Position numbers and translations under genes: made by a program | Notes under the pieces: generated by a model | The model's input: only the letters and a program-made list of their open reading frames with translations | Told to the model about the DNA's origin: nothing | Databases searched by the model: none | Shown here: piece after piece, positions 1 to 8,020 of the stretch | Layout: every line of letters starts with the position of its first letter | Position numbering within the stretch: the stretch's first letter is position 1 | Source of the DNA: Nemertoderma westbladi | Taxonomy: Eukaryota; Animalia; Xenacoelomorpha | Length of the DNA stretch: 64,000 nt | Assembly (NCBI GenBank): GCA_032718475.1 | Contig: JAUCBJ010000121.1 | Coordinates: forward strand, 23,094-87,093 | Direction of reading: 5' to 3'

Positions 1-637
1 CCGGGGTCCGCGGCGGTGTCGTTCCTTTCTCTCCTATTCGGCTCATCTTTGTCTTTGGTGTCAGTCTATCACTGTCAGGGCAGCTGGGCGGATCTGATTC
101 TGTCACTGTGACGAGATCTACGGATCCCGGTTTATCCGTTGGGTTTTCTATCCACGCGTCCCCGCCGTATGTGAAAGGTAAAATAGTTCTGGTGTCCGGT
201 TATATGTATAAGGTATAATAGTCTGATATATATGTAATATAGTATGACACAACAGGTAATATAAGTATGATGGCGGTAGCGGACGGTGACAGAAGTCCCC
301 GTTCCACCCTACTGATCTGACTGAGTAAACTGAATGAATGATTACAGGTTACTGGTTATATTGCACGGTGGCCTTATTGCTACTCAATCGATGCCTTTCC
401 CCCCTCTGATTGGTTGATACCCCTGTTGGCACCCTTTGGAGTGTTTCCCTTCACTCCCTGTGTTCTCTCTCGGTTAGGGGTTTGGCCCCTGACCCCTATT
501 GTGTGTGTCTCCTTTGGGGCCTATTGTCCCCGTTTACTGGGCTGACACGAGGTTGATTGGTAATCAACCTCGTGCTCCCAATATTGCTTTATGGCTCACT
601 CTATGGGTTAGTGTTAGCGGAATTGGATAAGCTAACA
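1..637 (-). mobile_element. 5' end (5' LTR plus start of internal region) of a BEL/Pao-family LTR element extending left of the window, inserted into the gag of the + strand BEL element
   Basis: 1-106 matches 55157-55284 (ATG at 46-44 reads MSRIGEKGTTPPRTP vs MSREKGTTPPRTP). 107-637 matches the LTRs at 48695-49224 and 55285-55814. Sequence after 637 resumes abruptly in the middle of + strand gag. Confidence 0.9.
107..637 (-). repeat. LTR (~531 bp, TG...CA)
   Basis: Begins tgtgac at 107 and ends gctaaca at 637. Highly similar to the two LTRs of the 48695-55814 element. Confidence 0.92.
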
Positions 638-639
638 AG

Positions 640-1306
640 CGGGAATACTCCACTGAAAGGAGAAGAAGAGAAGACAGTAGTAGAAGTATCGCCGCGAACG
701 ATAGAAGAGCGAGGACGGATAGCGAGCCGTCGGTAGTCGAGATGAGAACAGAGAGTCAGTGGGGTCGGACTCCGGGAGATTGCCGTCGCCCCGGAGAGAT
801 GCGACCCGGCGAGGCGCACTACGCGCCGAGAGAGGGGTACGCGATGTACCGGTACGAAGATGAGAACAGTAGAGGGGGGGGTCGAAGAGAAACTTTCCGA
901 CGAAATATACCTACCGATCGAGAATACGGTAGCCGCGGGGAGGACTACTCGAGAAGAATAAACTTCGATCCCGAGCGACACATGCAGACTGTAGGACATA
1001 CTATAGGCCTTACTGCACATACCATAGGCCATACTGAGAGAGGCAATATAGGCAATAGGATAGCGTGGACAACGGGATTAAACCCGGAAGTCGCGGAATA
1101 CATACCGGCGAGTAGCCCAGAAGCTGATAGGCCTATACCGGTACCAGTACAGCAGTGTGACTACAGCATGCAGGGACATAACATATACCCAGGGGAGGGG
1201 GGAATTATTGCGGATAGGTGTATGGGCCCCAATATATTAACATCAACCCCAGTACCAAACATACCGGTGGGGGGGACAGGGTGACATTCCCCCATCACAA
1301 TATTAA
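640..1306 (+). pseudogene. N-terminal, low-complexity part of BEL gag, frameshifted
   Basis: Homologous to ORF 51489-53003 (SQWGRT.GDCRRPGE, TTGLNPEVAEYIP, MGPNILTSTPVPNIP). Frameshift in the G-run at ~1269-1275 and TAA at 1304-1306 where the relative has CGA. Confidence 0.85.
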
Positions 1307-1342
1307 CAATATACCCCGATAGGAGCAAGAACAACGAGACCC

Positions 1343-4300
1343 TTGGATGAGAATAGGTCGTGTGATACAGACATATGGAGGGGGCCGCTACCCCCGATGA
1401 CATACCCAAGTCAGAGAAAGTCAAGAAATAGGACAGACGGAACGCACCAGACAGGAGAAACTATACAGCATCCATCGAACCCATTGGAAGCACAGGCGAT
1501 GGGGATGGCCACGTTGATCGATGCGTTGAAAACGAGGATCGAGCTACCACCCGTGGAACCATTCAAATTCGATGGGAGCAGGCCGGAAGAATATCTACAG
1601 TTTCGGCGCATGTATAGTAACGAAATACGAACAAAAAACTTGACACAGGCGGAGTGCCTAAAGTATCTGCAAGTGTACACGGCAGGCCCAGCATACGATA
1701 TCGTGAGGCAATATCAAGGAATAGAGGGCGGCTTCACAACAGCATGGCGGGCACTGGATAGGGAATACGGGCACCCGGCCAAGATCATCAGGCAGACGCT
1801 GAGAGGCATAACATCGGGTGGCCTACAGGATAATCCCGTTAGCATTAAGACGTTCGCTAACAAAGTCGAAAAGGCGCTAATCGTGCTGAAGACGCTAGAC
1901 GCGCCGTACGAGCTCAATGCGTCCAACAACATCACCACGATAGCGCAGGCACTACCAAACTGGCTGCGCAACAAGTGGGGGAAAATCGCCTTCTCCACTC
2001 GAGATAAGAAGGGTGCGGAACCGGGTTTAGAAGAAATGTCAAACTTCTTAAACTACGAGGCTGAACTAATAACTGACCCAGTCTATAGCGAAGATAGCCT
2101 GGGAAAGGGACCGAAGACAGACTACCATAGACCGAAACCAGAGCACAACACATCAAACGCATTACCGAGACTCAGGCAATCATTGCCATATGCAGCGACG
2201 CAGGGGACTGCAAGTCCACAGCTAGCCGAGGATAAGACAACACCATGGAACGGACAGGGAAACAATAACAACACAAATAAACATAACCCCAGTACATCCA
2301 GTAGGCTGAATCCAAACAATAAGAATAGTAGGGACTTTGGTACAAACGCAACTGCGATACGCAATGCACTGTATAAAGAGGGCTACGACCCAAAGAGCAA
2401 ATGCCAGCTACACGCAAATGCGCTTCATCAAACCATGAACTGCAGGTACTGGCAGGCGCTACCTAGGCAAGATCAGATAGATTATGCATTCAGCAATAAA
2501 ATATGCTCGCGATGTGTAATGAGTGGACATAGAGCAAGGGAGTGCAAGGAGAAGCCAATAAAATTTGGTCAAAGGAGAGGCCAAATGATGGCGACGAGCA
2601 CAGTAGGGGCGAAGAAGAGGGGAACGGTGTTACTTGGAGTAGTACCAGTGCGAGTGATCGGGGAAGGCAATCGATCAGTAATAACACTAATGCTGGTTGA
2701 TAGTGGAGCTGCCTTCACATTAGTCGAGGAATGGGTGGCCGAGGAGATAGGATTGAGAACGAGGCCAAGCAGGATGGCGGTAACAACCATCTCTAGCAAA
2801 GATGAGATCCTGGAGATGAGAACAGGACGGTGCGCAATTGCAGCAGTGGCACCAGGATGCGACTATGGGGCAACCATCGACCCCATCCAAGTGATAGAGT
2901 CAATTAATATTAATGCCAGGCGACCAACCAAGATCGAGGTCGAGCAGTATAAATTCCTGGACGACATTGACTTCTCAATCCCAGACGTGGACGTTAGGAA
3001 GGTGTCCATCATAGTAGGCATGGACTGCCCAACGGCCCACGAAAGAATACAAACGGTCTTCGGCGAAGACAAGCAGAGTGACCCGGTGGCCATATTAACA
3101 CCATTCGGGTGGACGCTGAGTGGTCCAATCAAGAGTAAGATACCATTTAGGATGTCGGAGACATCAGGATGCATGTTCGCGGGAACAATGCAGGAAATGG
3201 GTGACGAGGGAGCAGAGGAGCAGCTTAAAAGACTGCTCAGACATGATTTCGAGGGACTGAAAGAAACCGGAGTCGGGACCTCAGTAGAAGACAAGCAGGC
3301 TTTACAAAGCGTGGAGGAACCGATGACATGCAATGAGGGGCGGTATACTATAGGAATGGTATGGAAACTACCGAAGATACCGCTGCCCGACAATAGGGGG
3401 ATGGTACTCACGAGACTCCGCAAACTGAAACAAACACTAAAATGGAGCCCCGAGAAGAATGAGTACATCCACATTACAATTAAGAAGTACGTCGAGAAAG
3501 GATGGGCCGTGGAGTTACCGGTCGACGAGCCGAACACGGATAGGACATATTACCTGCCACTACACATGGCTTTAGATCCAAAGAAAGGTAAACTACGGAT
3601 GGTAGTCGACGCATCGGCAAAGACCGACGGAAAGTGCTTAAACGACTACCTGTTAGAAGGCCCAAACATATACAATTCAGGCATAGAGGTGTTACTTAGA
3701 TTTAGAAATGGGAAACACGCCTTCACGTGTGACATAGAAGGCATGTTCAACCAAGTCCGTGTAACGGAGGAAGATAGCGACAGTCAGCGCTTCTTATGGT
3801 ATAACGGCGAGAAAGAACCGTCGATAATACCGGCATATAAGATGGTAGTACAGAACATGGGGGCCAAGTCGTCTTCATTTACGACGACTATGGCAGTGAG
3901 AGACACAGTAAAGGGGAAGGAAGATAGATACAGCAGTAGGGCCGTCGATATGATTCGACGCGGCTTCTACGTAGACGACGGAATGGAGTCTGGAAATACG
4001 GTTAAGGAGATACTGGATACAGGGCGCGAGGTTCGCGACATCCTAAAGGGATCCGGCTTTAACCTGACCAAATTCCAATCCAGTTCGGAAGAATTTATCA
4101 AGGCCATAGAGGACAGGAGACCAGAATCGACCATGGATAATCCCACAACAGCCAAAGGGCAGGACATGGCGATTAAGAGAACAGAATCTCAACAGAAGGC
4201 ATTGGGAATCGTGTGGGATAGAGAGACAGACGAACTGAAGTATCAGCTGAGCCAAGAGGGTGCAGACATCCACACGAAGAGGGGCTATGTATCGTATATA

Positions 4301-5029
4301 GCAAGGATATACGATCCCCTAGGCCTAGCATCCCCATTATTAGTCACAGGGAAACAGATACTCAAGAGAGTATACAAACTGAAGGATGAGTGGGACGTAG
4401 AGGTACCAGAGGAAATCAAGAAACAGTGGAGCAAGTGGACAGGAGACTTGGAGAAGATGGGAACATACAACATGCCACGGGTGTATTTCCCGGATGGGAA
4501 CATGACGAATCTGGACCTACACATGTTCTCCGACGCGTCGTTGGAAGCGTACGGAGCGGCACTCTACTTAGTACAACGAGAGGGGGCTCATAAGCCAAGA
4601 CTAGCCTTTAGCAAAGCAAAGTCAACGCCACCAGATTCAGCATCAGTTCCTAAGTTAGAATTGACAGCCGCGAGACTAGGAGTAAGAGCCACAGCCTACC
4701 TAGTGGATACTATTCCCAACATAGTGGAGACACACTACTGGACGGACTCCATGGTAGTGCTTGGCTGGCTACACAACGAAAGGACGAGATACCCGATATT
4801 CGTCGCGAATAGAGTTGACGAAATAAGGGCGAGTACAGAACTGGAAAGGTGGCACTACTGCCCAACAGACGATAACCCAGCGGACTTGTTGTCGAGGGGC
4901 GTGGTACGCCACACTTTCTTGAAGAAGGAAGTATTGTGGCAACATGGGCCACAATTTCTGAGCGATAAAGAGGCCTGGCCGCCGATGAGAAAGGTGGACC
5001 CGGGCTCAGAAGTAGTATCAGAAGGATAA
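1343..5029 (+). CDS. BEL/Pao Gag-protease-reverse transcriptase-RNase H polyprotein (main segment)
   Basis: DUF1759-like gag core (FDGSRPEEYLQF...LDREYG), Cys/His knuckles (CQLHANALHQTMNC, CSRCVMSGHRAREC), protease LVDSGA, RT DIEGMF and FYVDDG, YDPLG, RNase H FSDAS / PKLEL / WTDS / NPADLLSRG. Confidence 0.95.
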   Translation: MDENRSCDTDIWRGPLPPMTYPSQRKSRNRTDGTHQTGETIQHPSNPLEAQAMGMATLIDALKTRIELPPVEPFKFDGSRPEEYLQFRRMYSNEIRTKNLTQAECLKYLQVYTAGPAYDIVRQYQGIEGGFTTAWRALDREYGHPAKIIRQTLRGITSGGLQDNPVSIKTFANKVEKALIVLKTLDAPYELNASNNITTIAQALPNWLRNKWGKIAFSTRDKKGAEPGLEEMSNFLNYEAELITDPVYSEDSLGKGPKTDYHRPKPEHNTSNALPRLRQSLPYAATQGTASPQLAEDKTTPWNGQGNNNNTNKHNPSTSSRLNPNNKNSRDFGTNATAIRNALYKEGYDPKSKCQLHANALHQTMNCRYWQALPRQDQIDYAFSNKICSRCVMSGHRARECKEKPIKFGQRRGQMMATSTVGAKKRGTVLLGVVPVRVIGEGNRSVITLMLVDSGAAFTLVEEWVAEEIGLRTRPSRMAVTTISSKDEILEMRTGRCAIAAVAPGCDYGATIDPIQVIESININARRPTKIEVEQYKFLDDIDFSIPDVDVRKVSIIVGMDCPTAHERIQTVFGEDKQSDPVAILTPFGWTLSGPIKSKIPFRMSETSGCMFAGTMQEMGDEGAEEQLKRLLRHDFEGLKETGVGTSVEDKQALQSVEEPMTCNEGRYTIGMVWKLPKIPLPDNRGMVLTRLRKLKQTLKWSPEKNEYIHITIKKYVEKGWAVELPVDEPNTDRTYYLPLHMALDPKKGKLRMVVDASAKTDGKCLNDYLLEGPNIYNSGIEVLLRFRNGKHAFTCDIEGMFNQVRVTEEDSDSQRFLWYNGEKEPSIIPAYKMVVQNMGAKSSSFTTTMAVRDTVKGKEDRYSSRAVDMIRRGFYVDDGMESGNTVKEILDTGREVRDILKGSGFNLTKFQSSSEEFIKAIEDRRPESTMDNPTTAKGQDMAIKRTESQQKALGIVWDRETDELKYQLSQEGADIHTKRGYVSYIARIYDPLGLASPLLVTGKQILKRVYKLKDEWDVEVPEEIKKQWSKWTGDLEKMGTYNMPRVYFPDGNMTNLDLHMFSDASLEAYGAALYLVQREGAHKPRLAFSKAKSTPPDSASVPKLELTAARLGVRATAYLVDTIPNIVETHYWTDSMVVLGWLHNERTRYPIFVANRVDEIRASTELERWHYCPTDDNPADLLSRGVVRHTFLKKEVLWQHGPQFLSDKEAWPPMRKVDPGSEVVSEG

Positions 5030-5065
5030 GAGGGAGATTCAGAGGGAGAAGATATATACTCCCAG

Positions 5066-6607
5066 ATGGTGAGGGAGATTAGGGACGTGCAACCAGGACG
5101 GGAACTGTGCGATAACCCGACGGATAAACTCCTCAGCTACAGTTCTAGTTGGTATAAGACCAAGAAACTAGTGGCGTACTGGAGAGCCTTCGGCAATTTC
5201 CTTGCGGGAGTTGGCAAGGACAAGAAGATCAGGACAACCATAGATCTGGAAGGAGCGGCCAAGGCAGTGATCCGCTATGAACAACGGAAGAACTATGGCA
5301 ACGAGGTGGAACGCATCGGTAACCAACAGCACCTCCGACAGGACAGCGAGCTGATTACGCTGTCGCCACAACTCAATGACGACAGGATTCTAGTAATGCA
5401 TTCTAGGGTGGGATACAACAACAGCATAGTCGTACCACCGAAACCCATCATCATTCCTACAGGATCGCCAATAGTCCACCAGATTATATGGGACTCCCAC
5501 AAATCGATATTGCATGGGGGCACCAACCGAACCCTCACAGAGATAAGGAGGACCTATTGGGTCAAACAACTGAGGAAGAAGGTAAAAGCGGTAGTGGGGC
5601 AGTGCCAGACCTGCCGACGAGCGAAGAAGGAGCGAGCCGTACAGGAGATGGCGCCACTACCGGCGAGTAGGGTAAGACAGCACGACCCGCCATTTACGCA
5701 TTGCGGTGTGGACATGTTCGGGCCGATAAAGATCAAAGTGATGCGACACACGGAGAAACGCTACGGCATTATCTTCATATGCAACAACACGCAGGCGGTA
5801 GGGATAGAACTCGCCCAAGATGCAACCGCATCAGCGTTCATTAACGCCTTAGAAAGGTTTAGGGACCGCAAAGGTGGGACGATCGCAGTGATATACAGCG
5901 ACAACGGCACCAACTTTGTGGGCACAGAGAGTGAGATGGCAGAGGCCTTGGACATCTTGGAGGGAGAAGAAGTCAGGGCAGCCATGAGGCGACGACAAGT
6001 AAAGTGGGAGAGAAGGACACCGTATGCACCACATACACTAGGGTGCGTCGAGAGACTGGTGGGCAGTTCAAAGCGTCTAATGACGAAGCTAATGAACACC
6101 CACATGGTCACTGAGGACGTCTTACGGACAGTACTTGCGAAGTGCGAGGGGATCATTAATAGCAGACCGCTATATCCGGAGAATGATGACCCTGAGTCAT
6201 TAGACGTGCTGACGCCTAGCCATTTCCTGATGGAAAGGCCAGCGACCATCGATATGCGGGGTGTAGACCCAGATGACATACACTCCCGCCAAAGTTGGAA
6301 AGTCGCTAAAGCAATAAGCGCAGAGTATTGGAGGAGGTGGGTCGACGAATACCTACCCACACTCCATAAACGAAGCAAGTGGAGGAAGTCAAACAGGGAG
6401 TTAAGAGAGGGAGATCTCGTAATCGTTACGGATGATACTATCATCAACAACCAATGGCGGTTGGCGAGAGTTGTAGGCACCTACTCCGACGAGGACGGAA
6501 GAGTCCGATCGGTAGAAGTGCGGATAGGTGGAAAGATAGGTGCGAAGGACAGAAAAACCTACAGGAGAGCTGTAGGCAAATGCTGTCTGTTAGAAGGGGC
6601 AACTTAG
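5066..6607 (+). CDS. BEL/Pao integrase (same frame as upstream pol, separated by premature TAA at 5027-5029)
   Basis: HHCC (HKSILH...CQTC), GVDMFGP, SDNGTNF, ERLV, NSRPL, LTPSHFL and a DUF5641-like tail (YWRRWVDEYL, GDLV, WRLARV, DGRVRSV). The 36-nt gap after the stop keeps the frame. Confidence 0.93.
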   Translation: MVREIRDVQPGRELCDNPTDKLLSYSSSWYKTKKLVAYWRAFGNFLAGVGKDKKIRTTIDLEGAAKAVIRYEQRKNYGNEVERIGNQQHLRQDSELITLSPQLNDDRILVMHSRVGYNNSIVVPPKPIIIPTGSPIVHQIIWDSHKSILHGGTNRTLTEIRRTYWVKQLRKKVKAVVGQCQTCRRAKKERAVQEMAPLPASRVRQHDPPFTHCGVDMFGPIKIKVMRHTEKRYGIIFICNNTQAVGIELAQDATASAFINALERFRDRKGGTIAVIYSDNGTNFVGTESEMAEALDILEGEEVRAAMRRRQVKWERRTPYAPHTLGCVERLVGSSKRLMTKLMNTHMVTEDVLRTVLAKCEGIINSRPLYPENDDPESLDVLTPSHFLMERPATIDMRGVDPDDIHSRQSWKVAKAISAEYWRRWVDEYLPTLHKRSKWRKSNRELREGDLVIVTDDTIINNQWRLARVVGTYSDEDGRVRSVEVRIGGKIGAKDRKTYRRAVGKCCLLEGAT

Positions 6608-6721
6608 TAGAGTTAGAGAAAAGTTTAGTCGTCCAAGTTTTGGACTGAGGGGGGTGGGATTGAGGGCGAGACGCCCTTCCCACAAACAAGCAAATAAAAT
6701 AAAATAAAAATAATAGTACAT

Positions 6722-7535
6722 GGTAGGTACGCAGTTAGTAGGCAGAAGTTAGTTAAGAGGTACGTAGTACCTAGTTAGTTAGTTAGTTAGTTAGAGGGTA
6801 CGTAGTACCGCCAGTCAGAGAGTTAGTTAGAAGGTACGTAGTACCTAGTTAGTTAGTTAGTTAGAGGGTACGTAGTACCGCCAGTTAGAGAGTTAGTTAG
6901 AAGGTACGTAGTACCTAGTTAGTTAGTTAGTTAGAGGGTACGTAGTACCGCCAGTCAGAGAGTTAGTTAGAAGGTACGTAGTACCTAGTTAGTTAGTTAG
7001 TTAGTTAGTTAGAGGGTACGTAGTACCGCCAGTTAGAGAGTTAGTTAGAAGGTACGTAGTACCTAGTTAGTTAGTTAGTTAGAGGGTACGTAGTACCGCC
7101 AGTTAAAGAGTTAGTTAGAAGGTACGTAGTACCTAGTTAGTTAGAGGGTACGTAGTACCGCTAGTTAGTTAGAGTTAGAGGGTACGTAGTACCGCTAGTT
7201 AGTTAGAGAGTTAGAGGGTACATAAGTACCGTTAGTTAGTTAGAGAGTTAGAGGGTACGTAAGTACCGCTAGTTAGTTAGAGAGTTAGAGGGTACGTAAG
7301 TACCGTTAGTTAGTTAGAGAGTTAGAGGGTACGTAAGTACCGCTAGTTAGTTAGAGTTAGAGGGTACGTAGTACCGTTAGTTAGTTAGAGAGTTAGGGGG
7401 TACGTAGTACCGTTAGTTAGAGAAGAGTTAGAGGGTACGTAGTACCGTTAGTTAGAGAAGAGTTAGAGGGTACGTAGTACTGTTAGTTAGTTAGAATTAG
7501 AGTTAGAGGGTACGTAGTACCGTTAGTTAGAAGAT
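6722..7535 (+). repeat. Tandem array of ~20 GGTAC-N3/4-GTACC mini-hairpins separated by (TTAG)n/AG-rich spacers, internal to the BEL element
   Basis: Repeated ggtacgtagtacc, ggtacgtaagtacc and ggtacataagtacc units spaced by agttagttagttagag. A homologous array lies at ~49640-51460 on the - strand. Confidence 0.95.
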
Positions 7536-8020
7536 AGAGAGTAAGAGGTAAAAGGGGGTATATAAGATATAGATATTAGTTAGCAGTTAGTAGAGAGAGG
7601 GGGGCATATGAGTACAGCTGGGTAAATCGTGTGGCCACACGACGCATACTGCTGTACTGCATAGGCCCACAGAGTAGGCCAGAATGTGGATTAGAGAATA
7701 GAATAATCCATAGGCAGTAGTAAGTAGTAGGACAGTAGAATCAAAATTAAATAGGTGAATAAATAGAATAGGGCTGAAAGTTACAAATAATGGCAACACA
7801 AGGAAAGTTATTCTAGAACATAATAAAAGTAACGGACAGAAATTGTAAATTACGCCCATTTACTAGCTTCAAAATTAATTAGTAATAATTTAGGTTAAAA
7901 GGCGCAGTTAAATAGGAAATAGGCCATTATCGAACCGTACAGAACATCCTAGATACATCACTCATCTGTATTGCGCCTTGGTAAGGCACCACCTTGCAGG
8001 TGAGCGAGTGAACGTTCGGA

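Noticed and set aside
1269-1275. Programmed ribosomal frameshift at the gag G-run
   Set aside because: The homologous element reads through in one frame, so this is a homopolymer indel (mutation or sequencing error), and it is followed by a CGA>TAA stop.
1161-6689. Many antisense ORFs over BEL gag-pol (e.g. 2863-3537, 5761-6480), and similar ones over 51659-55289
   Set aside because: Shadow ORFs produced by the purine-biased sense strand; Ser/Leu/Pro-rich with no domain motifs.
6770-7400. Telomeric repeat (TTAGG/TTAGGG) tract
   Set aside because: The unit is TTAG/TTAGAG interleaved with hairpins and internal to an LTR element.
6722-7535. CRISPR-like array (palindromic repeat with spacers)
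   Set aside because: Spacers are themselves (TTAG)n repeats rather than unique sequences, there are no cas genes, and the context is a eukaryotic retrotransposon.
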